DNA of 49,826 nt, counting the filler, from Catajapyx aquilonaris (lineage: Eukaryota), in the NCBI GenBank assembly GCA_000934665.2. It is 3 parts of 3 records of this genome, joined end to end, with 100 filler letters (N's around TTAATTAATTAA, not from the genome) between each part and the next. Parts side by side here need not be neighbours in the genome. Positions count along the whole stretch, not along the records: positions 16,746 to 33,259 come from JYFJ02007192.1; positions 33,360 to 49,826 come from JYFJ02007193.1; 1 more part is not named here. The stretch is one strand, 5' to 3'. This document shows, one piece after another, positions 26,072-37,495 of the stretch. The notes under the pieces were generated by a model that did not search any database, was not told the DNA's origin, and was given only the letters and a program-made list of their open reading frames with translations. Position numbers and translations under genes: made by a program. Numbering within the stretch: position 1 is the stretch's first letter; the number at the start of each line of letters is the position of its first letter.

Positions 26072-26223
26072 CTATCGTGTTCAAATACTTTTGGCCACTT
26101 TATCCTGGTCTTGAAGCAACCCTTCACACACCCACACACCCACGCACCTCCTTAACGTGGGGTCTGTGCGAAGGGTTGCTTCAAGACCAGGATAAAGTGG
26201 CCAAAAGTATTTGAACACGATAG
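26072..26223. mobile_element. Hairpin MITE with TA TSD
   Basis: CTATCGTGTTCAAATACTTTTGGCCACTTTATCCTGGTCTTGAAGCAACCCTTC is perfectly mirrored. Confidence 0.88.
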
Positions 26224-26254
26224 TACTGGTATCATACTGTATGTATAATTGTAT

Positions 26255-27047
26255 TAGATCAAAAACTTTCCCTTCAGTAAAAAAAAAGAGAAGTAAGACC
26301 TCCGCCGCGGAATAAAAGTATTGAAACAAGGCAGGCGCACGTAAGACCTTCACCAATTGATTTAAGCTGTACCATAGGTCTTACTCAAGCAATTACCAAT
26401 TTACTACTCATGAAATCTCCTTTCTGAAAACAAATTTGTGGAATTTCTGTCGTACTACTAGCTACTTCTAACTTAGCAGTGCCAGTGTAGTGCAATGGTA
26501 CTGCTAAGTTAGCAGTAACTACAGACCTATAGTTAATAGTAATAGTAGTACGACGAAAATTCCACCCATTAATTTTCCATGAGCCACTCCATATTAGTGT
26601 TTTATGAAATTAGGAACTTCAGTATTAAGCACATTGAATTTCTATGCGATTAGTGCGAATTATTGCCATGAAACATTCGTGCAGAATCGTCACCCCTTTT
26701 AGATGCTGATTTTAACTCTAACGTTTAATTTTTCACATGTAAGCGTTAATTGGAGAATTTTAGAGGGTCTTTTCCGATTGGGCCAAGTCTGTTAGAATGG
26801 GTTTAGTTTTTCCCCCATTTTTTTCTCTTCATAATAAAATCCTACCTACTGCTCTGAGTAGTTTGCTGCAGTAATTTTTAGGAGCCGCGTTCCATACAGT
26901 ACTTGAGAATTGCTTGAGTAAGACCTATGGTACAGCTTAAATCAATTGGTGAAGGTCTTACGTGCGCCTGCCTTGTTTCAATACTTTTATTCCGCGGCGG
27001 AGGTCTTACTTCTCTTTTTTTTTACTGAAGGGAAAGTTTTTGATCTA
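26255..27047. mobile_element. Young MITE with ~140-bp near-perfect TIRs (TAG...CTA)
   Basis: TAGATCAAAAACTTTCCCTTCAG...GGTCTTACTCAAGCAATT mirrored; inner hairpin at ~26437-26566. Confidence 0.88.
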
Positions 27048-27350
27048 ATTTCAGTTCTTTTTTGACAAGTACACATAACTTATGCTCTACACTATACTGT
27101 CTGCACTATGAATGCATTGGAGACGATTTTCGTCGCTTAGAAGTCCCTAACATTATTTTCACAGAGATAGTCGTAAAAAAACGAAAGTCGAGTGCTANCT
27201 CTACACTATACAGTCTGCACTATGAATGCATTGGAGACGATTTTCGTCGCTTAGAAGTCCCTAACATTATTTTCACAGAGATAGTCGTAAAAAAAACGAA
27301 AGTCGAGTGCTACCAGCCAACGGTTAGTCTGATTTAAATGGTCTGGCTTA

Positions 27351-27498
27351 GGGCCAGTTGCACCGGCCTCAGTATAACTTAGAACCTCGGGTATAACAAG
27401 AATTGCCATAGCAATCATTGTTGGTCAACAATGATTACTATGGCAATTCTTGTTATACCCGAGGTTCTAAGTTATACTGAGGCCGGTGCAACTGGCCC
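27351..27498. mobile_element. PIF/Harbinger-type hairpin MITE
   Basis: Near-perfect palindrome GGGCCAGTTGCACCGGCC...; TTA TSD. Confidence 0.9.
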
Positions 27499-27507
27499 TT
27501 AATAGTA

Positions 27508-29576
27508 CAGTTGAATCCGGATAAAACAAACTTCAAGAGACTGCGGAAAAAGTATGTTATAACCGAGGTCTGTTATAGCTGAATCGTCACGCAACGAAAA
27601 CATAAATTTCTGATTTCAATATGGCTGTACTATGCACTATACTAGACTACATACTGATTAATGAAATCTGTCACAAATGCAATATTGGCTCACCCGAAAA
27701 TTATGCTGGACCAAATTATCCGAAATTTCCTTCTGCGGTCTCCTTTTTGCAAATTTTATACCTGGACAACAATACTGTATTTTCCCACCGAGGGTCCAAG
27801 AAATGGTTCGTTAGGCCTATACCTGAGGTGAGGTGAAAATGAGTCTGTTATATCATGAGTGAAAATACACAGTGCCTAATAGTCCGGGCCCTAAGCGCAA
27901 AAATCAGGCCTAACCTTGCACTTTGTGAGAAAAAGGTGCCACTTGGCACATGTGTTCCTTAGGCCTATAGGAGCAATTCCAGAGTTGCAGGCAACTGATC
28001 GGCCCCTTAGGTCACGAGTTATGCGGTGTTGCCAACATGGCCTGGGATGACCTGAGCGTTTTTAACTCGGCACTTTGTGATAGGAAGGTGCCCCATGGCA
28101 GACATGTTCCCTAGGTCTGTAGGAGTCGTTTGAGAGATGGCGGCACTTGATCGAGTCCTTAGGTCAGGAGTTATGCGGTGTTGCCAACCTGGTCCTGGAC
28201 ATAAGCGTTTTGTACCATTTTTAACTTTGCATTTCGGGATAAGAAGGTGCCACTTGGCACATATGTTCCTTAGGCCTATAGGAGCAATTCCAGAGTTGCA
28301 GGCAACTGATCGGCCCCTTAGGTCGCGAGTTATGCGGTGTTGCCAACCTGATCAGGGAACTAAGCGTTTTAACTCGGCACTTTGTGATAGGAAGGTGCCA
28401 CGTGGCAGACATGTTCCCTAGGTCTGTAGGAGTCGTTTGAGAGATGGAAGCACTTGATCGGCTCCTTAGGTCAGGAGTTATGCGGTGCTGCCAACCTGGT
28501 CCTGGACCTAAGCGTTTTGTACCATTTTTAACTTTGCATTTTGGGATAAGAGGGTGCCACTTGGCACATATGTTCCTTAGGCCTGTAGGAGCAATTCCAG
28601 AGTTGCAGGCAACTGATTGGCCCCTTAGGGCCCCAAGTTTTGCGGTGTTGCCAACATATAAAATAGGTTTATACCCGTCAAAAAGGATGAAAATACCATT
28701 GAATGCAATCCACATATACACTAGTTTCCAGAAAATTACGCAAGTGACACATTTTCGCTATATTCAGGGTGCTTTGTGGATAGGTGTCACCTCATTACTT
28801 TGTAATATTAAGGTAGAGTGGATCTGTATCATTCTATGCCATTTTAATGAGGTTTATCCGAGATTTACGAGGTTTCCATGTTTTGAGCCTGACTATGTTG
28901 GCAGCACCGCATAACTCCTGACCTAAGGAGCCGATCAAGTGCTTCCATCTCTCAAACGACTCCTACAGACCTAGGGAACATGTCTGCCATGTGGCACCTT
29001 CCTATCACAAAGTGCCGAGTTAAAACGCTTAGTTCCCTGATCAGGTTGGCAACACCGCATAACTCGTGACCTAAGGGGCCGATCAGTTGCCTGCAACTCT
29101 GGAATTGCTCCTATAGGCCTAAGGAACATATGTGCCAAGTGGCACCTTCTTATCCCGAAAAGCAAAGTTAAAAATGGTACAAAACGCTAAGGTCCAAGAC
29201 CAGGTTGGCAACACCGCATAACTCCTGACCTAAGGACCCGATCAAGTGCCGCCATGTCTCAAACGACTCCTACAGACCTAGGGAACATATGTGCCAAGCG
29301 GTACCTTCTTATCACAAAATGCAACGTTAAAAACGCTCAGGTCATCCCAGGCCATGTTGGCAACACCGCATAACTCGTGACCTAAGGGGCCGATCAGTTG
29401 CCTGCAACTCTGTAATTGCTCCTATAGACCTAAGGAACACATATGCCAAGTGGCACCTTTTTCTCACAAAGTGCAAGGTTAAGGCGCTTAGGGCCCGGAC
29501 TATAATGGAAGCATGCCGGGACGGCCCTTATAACCAAGTCTGTTATAGCCGAGGCTGTTGTATCCGGATTCAACTG
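27508..29576. mobile_element. pogo/Tigger-like MITE hosting an Academ-like foldback
   Basis: TA|CAGTTGAATCCGGATA...TATCCGGATTCAACTG|TA. Confidence 0.85.
27880..29502. mobile_element. Academ-like non-autonomous foldback with tandem-repeat arms
   Basis: TAGTCCGGGCCCTAAGCG termini, 3-bp TSD TAA, ~150-bp A/B subunits (307-bp dimer); empty-site homolog at ~18505-18530. Confidence 0.85.
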
Positions 29577-29639
29577 TAAATCTGTAATAAGTGCAACGCG
29601 TTCACACCAGCGCAGCGGCAGGGTAACATTTGGCTAATA

Positions 29640-30114
29640 ACAATATGTAAACAAGATTGTCGTTTCTAGGTGATGGCGTAATGAACAAATGAATTAATGA
29701 CAGAAGAAATAAGAGGTAAAAAAATAACAGCTCCAATCCTGTAGCAGTGGGAACAGTGATATTTTGAACATTGATCCGCACCATCCCACTGCACCTTCGG
29801 CCTTTTGACGAAGAAACCAAATTCCGAAGAGGTATTGAGCAAAAAAATGGAAACGTATTTTTTGGTGGGTTTAAATTTTTTTTGCGGCGTTTTGAAGAGG
29901 ATTAAGTAAAAGTGAAAATGGTAGGAAATCAAGTCACGACGGTGGGGATCTGTGTTCAAAATTTGGAAGCTCTACCTGCAGCAGAACTTGAGTTAGGGCG
30001 AATAAAAAAAACGTAACAAGAAGAAGAAGAAGAAGAACAAGTAGGAAAAATTCATTGTTGAAACATTGTTGAAATCTATGCTACGGTCTTACTTAAGGGC
30101 TATCGCCCTAAAAA
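29640..30114 (-). mobile_element. HINE-like element; left end approximate
   Basis: Reverse complement begins TTTTTAGGGCGATAGCCCT (hairpin), followed by (TTC)n. Confidence 0.45.
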
Positions 30115-30234
30115 TATGCTATTATGCACGGCACTGTACAGTACTGTTCGTCATCGCTGGTAACCCCATCTTGGGAATATGCCGTGAGTGTAATGAATGA
30201 ATTAAAGTACTGTACAAACCGTGGCTGGAGATAC

Positions 30235-30324
30235 CTTGGTGTCGTGGGACAGGCTGGGATGACCGTGTCCTTTCAGCGACACGTTCGGGTTACCGTTCAC
30301 CATGTGAGTCACTCCCCCAAACTG
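30235..30324 (-). CDS. Candidate internal coding exon (90 nt, phase 0/0) of an unidentified gene: QFGGVTHMVNGNPNVSLKGHGHPSLSHDTK
   Basis: Acceptor tttgtcccttgctgtctccag, donor AAG|gtatct; only one frame is open; non-repetitive within the window. Confidence 0.55.
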
Positions 30325-30494
30325 CTGGAGACAGCAAGGGACAAATGTTGTTGCTACGTTCGAAGAGACAGATACAGGTTGAGAATACGTTTTTCCCGAA
30401 TTTTCGAAGTCCAAAAATGGCCAAGTTTTGGAATGCTGACATGACGCGTCACAAGGAAAACGCCATGTGAGTATAACAAGACTAGCATCATTAC

Positions 30495-30752
30495 CCTCAT
30501 CTGTACGGTGTTATGCAATAATGGGTCAACCCACAAAAATGTCAAAATTGAGCTATGCCCTGGAACATATTATACCTGAAGGATCCTACTACTTCATTCA
30601 GTTAAAATCACGCTGGTGAAATCTGCATACTTCTGACATAAATGACCGAAAAGAACACTGAATTAATTTCACCGTTAATCATGACCTTCAAAGCCATTTT
30701 TCTCAAAACTGTTCTCATGTGGGTTGACTCATTATTGCATAACACCGTCCAG
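30495..30752. mobile_element. Small MITE
   Basis: ACGGTGTTATGCAATAATGGGTCAACCCACA and TGTGGGTTGACTCATTATTGCATAACACCGT. Confidence 0.7.
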
Positions 30753-30772
30753 TCTGTATTGAACAGTACGTA

Positions 30773-31702
30773 TAGTCCGGGCCCTAAGCGTCTTAACCTT
30801 GCATTTTGTGATAAGAAGGTTCCAGTTGGCACATAATATGTTCCCTAGGCCTATAGGAGCAATTCCAGAGTTGCAGGCAACTAATCGGCCCCTTAGGCCA
30901 CGAGTTATGCGGTGTTGCCAACATGGCCTGGGATGACCTGAGCGTTTTTAACGTCGCATTTTGTGATAAGAAGGTACCGCTTGGCACATATGTTCCCTAG
31001 GTCTGTAGGAGTCGTTTGAGACATGGCGGCACTTGATCGGGTCCTTAGGTCACGAGTTATGCGGTTATGATTAGGTCCCGGACCATGTTGGCAACACCGC
31101 ATAACTCCTCACCTAAGGAGCCGATTACGTGCCGCCATCTCTCAAATGGATCCTATAGACCTAGGGAACATGTCTGCCAAGTGGCACCTTCTTATCACAA
31201 AGTGCCGAGTTAAAAGGCTTAGTTCCCTGATCAGGTTGGCAACACCGCAGAACTCGTGACCTAAGGGGTCGATCAGTTGCCTGCAACTCTGAAACTGCTC
31301 TTATAGGCCTAAGGAACATATGTACCAAGTGGCACCTTCTTATCCCAAAATGCAAAGTTAAAAATGGTTCAAAACGCTTAGGTCCAGGACCAGGTTGGCA
31401 ACACCGCATAACTCCTGACCTAAGGAGCCGATCAAGTGCCGCCATGTCTCAAACGACTCCTACAGACCTAGGGAACATATGTGCCAAGCGGTACCTTCTT
31501 ATCACAAAATGCGACGTTAAAAACGCTCAGGTCATCCCAGGCCATTTTGGCAACACCGCATAACTCGTGACCTAAGGGGCCGATCAGTTGTCTGCAACTC
31601 TGGAATTGCTCCTATAGGCATAGGGAACATATGTGCCAACTGGAACCTTCTTATCCCAAAATGCAAGGTTAGGCCTGATTTTTGCGCTTAGGGCCCGGAC
31701 TA
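30773..31702. mobile_element. Academ-like foldback, same family as 27880-29502, central spacer absent
   Basis: Same termini; 3-bp TSD GTA. Confidence 0.85.
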
Positions 31703-32037
31703 GTAGGCTATGCAAAATTATTACAAAGGATGGGTTGAAACCAAGTTGAAACTTTGGCGTTATTGGGCCACAATCGATAAGATCATTACCACTGGTATCT
31801 TCATATGTGAATAGCGTGTGGCTCACGGTATGTATTCTGGCAGCCATGTTGTATCCAATAGTGCGATCACATTCGAACAATGTATTTGGTATTACTGTTC
31901 GATGAAGACGCCCAGTAGACCCCGAATTGGAAGGTTGGGATTTTTCCTCTCTCCCGTTCGTTTGACTCGAGGGTCGGTGATCAGCCCTAGTTGACGGACC
32001 GTTAACACCGGTTAACACGTACCGGGTGCGAGCGAGA

Positions 32038-32329
32038 TGGAAGGAGCCGGGGAGCTGATCTCCATGGCTGCCATCAGTAGTTTGCTGGAAAGCCTCTAGT
32101 CGGACATTATTACCAGTGTGGACACCTCAATCTCGAGTTTGAGGAACTCTTGGGAAGAGACCAAATCCGTCTTGGTGGCTGAGATGGCAGAACTCCAGTC
32201 GAACAACACCGCTCTCATGAAGGAAAATGCGTCCCTCCGTTCCAACATCAGTTATCTGGGTGATCAACTGGAGAACCTGGAAAATAGGGCACGGAGAAAC
32301 AACATCATACTCTTTGGGGTGCCTGAAAG
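32038..32329 (+). mobile_element. LINE ORF1 5' fragment (CR1/L2/L1-type coiled coil + RRM start)
   Basis: ...LENLENRARRNNIILFGVPE, with one internal stop; cut by the next element. Confidence 0.8.
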
Positions 32330-33259
32330 GTCCGTTATAACTTGGCCCCCACACTTTCGAATTTCAAAATTTCAACGATGGCGATCGTTTGTGCTTATCG
32401 TTTGCACTGATTTGTGCCCGAAGATGGGGATTTGTGCTGCAACCGTTCTCGAGATACAGCGAGGTCAATTTTATGGTGCGGCCAAGTTAACGCTGGTCAC
32501 TACAGCGCTAGTTTCGCGGATTTCAAAATTTCAACGATGCCAATCGTTTGTGCCGCGTTTGTGCTGATTTGTGCTCGAATATGGGCGTTTGTGCTGGTTT
32601 AGTTTCAGAGTTACCGCGATTTCAATTTGTGGGGGCCAAGTTAACGACAGCCCCCACACTTTTGAATTTCAGAGTTTCAAATGTGCCATTCGTTTGTGCT
32701 GCGTTTGTGCTGATTTGTGCTCCAGTATGAGCGTTTGTGCTGCAATCCAGGTATAACAGGTATAGCACAATTAGGTTATGGGAGCTAACTTACAGCTTTT
32801 TCAAAAATGCGAATTTCAAAGTTTCAAATTATTGTTATGGGTTACGGTTACGGTTACGGGTTACGGGTTATTGGTTATTGGGGAGGGGGTGGGGGCAAGT
32901 AACCGGAAGCTCCCCACTTTTGAATTGTAATGTTTGAACAACGTATGCTCTAAGTTGGAACCAGTGATGTCCCAAAACCTAAATGTGCTATACCTGTCTA
33001 AGGATTGCAGCACAAACGCCCATACTGGAGCACAAATCAGCACAAACGCAGCACAAACGAATGGCACAGTTGAAACTTTGAAATTCGTAAGTGTGTGGGC
33101 TATCGTTAACTTGGCCCCCACCAATTGAAATCGCGATAACTCTGAAACTAAACAGGGACAAACGCCCATATTCGAGCACAAATCAGCACAAACGCAGCAC
33201 AAACGATTGGCATCGTTGAAATTTTGAAATTCGAAAGTGTGGGGGCCCAGTTAACGGAC
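32330..33259. mobile_element. Foldback with tandem-repeat arms (GTCCG termini, Academ-like)
   Basis: GTCCGTTA..ACT.GGCCCCCACACTTTCGAATTTCAAAATTTCAACGATG is mirrored up to the gap. Confidence 0.8.
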
Positions 33260-33359
33260 NNNNNNNNNNNNNNNNNNNNNNNNNNNNNNNNNNNNNNNNN
33301 NNNTTAATTAATTAANNNNNNNNNNNNNNNNNNNNNNNNNNNNNNNNNNNNNNNNNNNN
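33260..33359. other. Scaffold gap with linker
   Basis: N-run/TTAATTAATTAA/N-run. Confidence 0.97.
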
Positions 33360-33503
33360 AGTAGGTTAGTGTTTGCTGGTTGCATGAACATGAGTTAGGG
33401 TTTTCTGCACATTTAGCTGCAGTTTACATAATTATGCCACAGCCCCAGCCCCAGCCACAGCCACAGCCCCAACCGCAACCCCGCTATCCCAACCTTCCAC
33501 GGC

Positions 33504-33617
33504 GCTTTCACAACTGCCCAAGCACGTCTGAAACTGTACGAATTTTGGGAAGCTGTGCAGGAGAGGGCGCAGTACTGCGATACAGATTCCATAATATATG
33601 TAACAAGAGCTGGAGAT
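33504..33617 (+). pseudogene. Polinton/Maverick protein-primed DNA polymerase B fragment
   Basis: AFTTAQARLKLYEFWEAVQERAQYCDTDSIIYVTRAGD; YCDTDS at 33573-33590. Confidence 0.88.
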
Positions 33618-33800
33618 ACAAACAGACATTGCCATATATGTCGAAGTATTTGGTGATGCAAATGAAAGGCCCAATTGTATACTCCTGCGGTGGCATCAAA
33701 AAGCTGTACCTCTCTTTGCCAGCCACTCGATACCATCTTCCATGGGCAGCTGAAGTATTTGGCGCGACGTGTCCTGTAGTTATGCTGCATTTTTGGACCC
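33618..33800 (+). pseudogene. pogo/Tc5-like DDE_1 transposase fragment
   Basis: SCTSLCQPLDTIFHGQLKYLARRVL (QPLD motif). Confidence 0.8.
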
Positions 33801-33899
33801 GCGCGCTGGGTAATTTTCACAAGGTCAGCAAAGCCACTGCTTTCACTAGCCTATCAGCCAATTAATACATTTCAACCAGTCCGAAATCATTCCAAAAGG

Positions 33900-34490
33900 C
33901 CACATTAATCGCCATAAGAAAAGTCATGAACCACCAGTTCCACTGTAACATGGGCCTATCTGTATTTGGAAGAACACGAAATAATACAGTAATTGAAAGC
34001 AGGAATGAAATTGGCCTTTCTATAGCACCAAACAGAATCAGGCAGTCTTTGTCTATTGGTCGTGCAGGGAGATGAAAAAGAAGGCCCCTCAAATTTGCTC
34101 CACGGTCCTTTTGTGATTAGTGCATACGATAACATTGATCACAAGTACAGCAGCACAACTTCGGAATAATATTTCCACAGAACGGCCATTTCTCTCTTTC
34201 ATATTCCCGCCAGAGAAGTCGGTGAGCCACGTAATTTTATTTCAAGATTTTCGACTGCTGGTCAAAGTAATAATAGGAAAGTGCCAGAGTTGCCAGACAG
34301 CTACAGTGTTGTCAAGAATGTAACATTGCCATCTTTGAAACTGCATGTGCCAAAATCAAACCATAGCACCTGTTCTCAAATGTCAACTTCTGAATTTGGG
34401 TCCGCATGGAAAAAGGAACAGGCATGAATAAACCATATCCTTACTAACAGAGAAGAAGGTCCCCGAGATCTTTCATGAGCTTTCAAGAGC
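33900..34490 (+). pseudogene. Academ-type transposase fragment
   Basis: MGLSVFGRTRNNTVIESRNEIGLSIAPNRI; PSNLLHGPFVISAYDNIDHKYSSTTSE*YFHRTAISLFHIP; KVPELPDSYSVV. Confidence 0.75.
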
Positions 34491-34507
34491 CTATCCGTCT
34501 ATATTTG

Positions 34508-34900
34508 CCCGTCATTTCTGCATTTTGGCCGAAACATCCGCACGTCGGTTGAGTGTTACACCTGCCCCCTCCCCGCCGTCGCATCCTCATCTCCCAACCA
34601 ATATGCCCAGCAATTACGTGCCAACCTTGATCTGGCGCTAAAATTTGCAAAGGACCACGTAGCAGCCTCTAGGAGACGCAGCCTGGATACCTACAACAAG
34701 AAGAGGCGCCACGTCTCGTACAGCATCGGTGATGTGGTATTGAAGAAGAGTGTAACCCAGTCCAGTGCAGCAGCCGCCTCATTCGCACCGTTTAATCCTC
34801 TCCACACCAGCCCCTTCCGCATCTACGCCCGTCCATCGAAGAACACGTACCTCCTGGAGGACACAAAAGGCAGGCGACTCCCGACCCTCATTCACGTGAT
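34508..34900 (+). pseudogene. Ty3/gypsy integrase C-terminal fragment
   Basis: PSFLHFGRNIRT...YNKKRRHVSYSIGDVVLKK...SPFRI...NTYLLED...IHV (GPY/F module). Confidence 0.85.
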
Positions 34901-35164
34901 GATCAACTTCATGGAGTGCCACCAAGACCTTGACCGGCAGACATGAGGGCCGCCTATTCAACATTCTACTCTTCCTCCTTGAATGTTGTTGTTGTTGATG
35001 ACAATGGATGAAGACCAAGAAACAGAGGATGACGAAGTCCTTATTTTTAAGCAAACTCATGTGACCCTAACTCTTCTATTAACAATGCCTACATGTTGTC
35101 CTTAATTATTTCACACATTTCTCCGAAAGCGACCAAAGGCATCAAGGGAAGCCCACCCACTTAG

Positions 35165-35240
35165 ATGTATGGCAATGACTGGTACGTGCTTGTAAAACTG
35201 TTCAAGTGCACTCCTTTTGTGCATATCCGGGAATACCCCG
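35165..35240 (+). pseudogene. PC4-like domain fragment
   Basis: GNDWYVLVKLFKCTPFVHIREY resembles PC4 G..RYVSV..FKG...DIREY. Confidence 0.6.
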
Positions 35241-36049
35241 ACCATAATTTGGACAACATCAGGCTGAGTGGAGGATGTTATTATTACGGTTTTGTCCCAC
35301 ACATGATCATGGCATTGAAAATAATACAGGCAGCTCTCATCAAGGAAGGGTATACATTTTGAATCTGCATTGGCATCCTACTTGAATCATCAATTTGGAT
35401 GTGTTCATACTCTGTACCCTCTGAATGACAATAAAATTGAATTATTACTCAACATTTTCCTTATTTTCAGGCCCAACAATCAATATGTTTTACACATCAT
35501 TGAGGAACTTCAAAATGTGTGGCGTGCATGTTTTTCTGAGCATCAATGATCATCCGATGAAATGGGAGCACATTTTAATATTCTAATTATCACTGGTCGT
35601 TTTAAGAAGGTATCTTATGAGTTTAAATCTGTACCACACGATCTCACCCAACTGGTATATATGATATGGACGGAATTTATTGAAGCAGATTTCATTGTGT
35701 ATGATATTCCATACCGTAAAATTTGTTGTTCTGTGTACGGTCTCCCAGAAACATGGTGTGATTGTCGAAGATTCCATAACCATGGTGCTGAATCTGGTTA
35801 TGATACTCACAGGTAATGTGAATTTTTCCACCACGCTGGCTGACTTTGATCCTAAGACAAAAATGGTGCATGAGATAATATGAAGCACCAATGGGCACAA
35901 CTGGAGTGCGTCCCACCTCGTAGTTGACGGTTTGCAAAACATACAGTCGGTGAAGACTCAACATACATCTTTGATTGCGGAACTAGCTCAGGCATACCCT
36001 GACATAGCAGAAGCAACGTAAACCGTGACACGGGAAATAATTGAAATAA

Positions 36050-36330
36050 TTGCTCGTGGGGAAATCACCATTTGATGATGTGAGAATTTTACATGTTCCA
36101 AGCAGCCTGACTAGCAATAGGGCAAGGGATGATTATGATCCTATGGATCTGGCAAAAGTCCTACACGACCATGATTATGACCTTTATCATGACATTCCTA
36201 CCCCGAGCCATTATGCCCAGACAGTTGCACCATATATAGCAAGGTTTGTAGTGAAAAAGGTGTGCGGTGTTGTTAGATGCAGTGATTGTGCCAAAGCAAT
36301 CATTGTAAACCAGTATGATCTAGGCACACA
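36050..36330 (+). pseudogene. THAP9/P-element transposase C-terminal fragment
   Basis: DHDY...SHYAQTVAPYIARFVVKKVCGVVRCSDCAKAI. Confidence 0.8.
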
Positions 36331-36699
36331 ATCATTATCATGTGAATATATAATTCTCATGGATACACGGATCGCATATTATGCACGTGGACACCGAAGT
36401 CAGTCAGATAGGGAAGCATCGAATGTTGAGGTATAATCCGTTTGAGAACAGTGGAAGGTGTCGGGTGTGCACCATCAAGTTATCACGTATGAAAACTCGC
36501 GCCATTCACAGAAAGTCAGTGGTTGTACTTATCTGAGTACATCACGGTAATGGGCCCTATTGCACTGACTGCACAGATTTCAGGGGGAGAAGAACACTTT
36601 TCTGTGAGATTTGAGTCATGTCCTCCATGCAACTAGGCGGAAAATGTTGCAGATCAACAGAAAGGCACTAGCACTCACACACTGCAGGTTTTCTAAATT

Positions 36700-36970
36700 C
36701 ATTGATATTGGGACTGGCTTTTTTGGGCAGTGTTGCAGCCAAAGAGGGGAAGGAGGACTTTGTGCTGGTGCTTGATTCATGGAAAGGACAAGCAGGCATT
36801 GCCATATACGTTGAAGTATTTGGTGATGCAAATGAAAGGCCCAATTGTACTCCTGCGGTGGCATCAAAAAGCTGTACCTCTCTTTGCCAGCCACTGGATA
36901 CCATCTTCCATGGGCAGCTGAAGTATTTGGCGCGACGTGTCCTGTAGTTACGCTGAATTTTTGGACCCGC
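36700..36970 (+). pseudogene. pogo/Tc5-like DDE_1 fragment, longer duplicate
   Basis: FVLVLDSWKGQ...CTSLCQPLDTIFHGQLKYLARRVL. Confidence 0.85.
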
Positions 36971-37495
36971 GCAATGGGTAATTTTCACAAGGTCAGCAAA
37001 GCCACTGCTTTCACTACCCTATCAGCGTACTAATACATTTCAACCACTCCGAAAACATTCCAAAAGGCCACATTAATCGCCATAAGAAAAGTCATGAACC
37101 ACCAGTTCCATTGTACATGGGCCTATCTGAATTTGAAAGAACACGAAATAATACAGTAATTGAAAGCAGGAATGAAATTGGCCTTTCTATAGCACCAAAC
37201 AGAATCAGGGAGTCATTGTCCATTGGTCATTCAGGGAGATCAAAAAGAAGGCCCCAAGTCTTGGTATTGAACTGGTGTGATTAAAATCCTCCGCTGCTTC
37301 CTGGACTCGTTAAATATTTATAAACTGAAAAATCATGGGGTAACTTATTTAAAAACACACACATGTATCTTAAGGGTACGGTTCTTAACCCCCAAGTGTG
37401 CTGTGAAGTGATCACTTGTTACGTAATAATAGGAAAGTGCCAGACAGCTACAGTGTTATCAAGAATGTAACATTGTCATCTTTGAAACTGCATGT
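36970..37495 (+). pseudogene. Duplicate of the Academ-type segment (resumes at 38618-38760)
   Basis: Direct homology to 33800-34088 and 34267-34508; 37256-37421 is unrelated sequence. Confidence 0.8.

Noticed and set aside
27083..27312. ~114-bp near-identical tandem duplication
   Set aside because: An n sits at the junction; probably an unmerged contig overlap.
27880..29502. CRISPR-like regularly spaced repeats
   Set aside because: No unique spacers; the units are tandem subrepeats inside the TIRs of a TSD-bounded eukaryotic element.
33437..33483. PQPQPQ ORF (33380-33865)
   Set aside because: Hexamer microsatellite; the ORF is out of frame with the pPolB motif it overlaps and contains none of the recognisable motifs.
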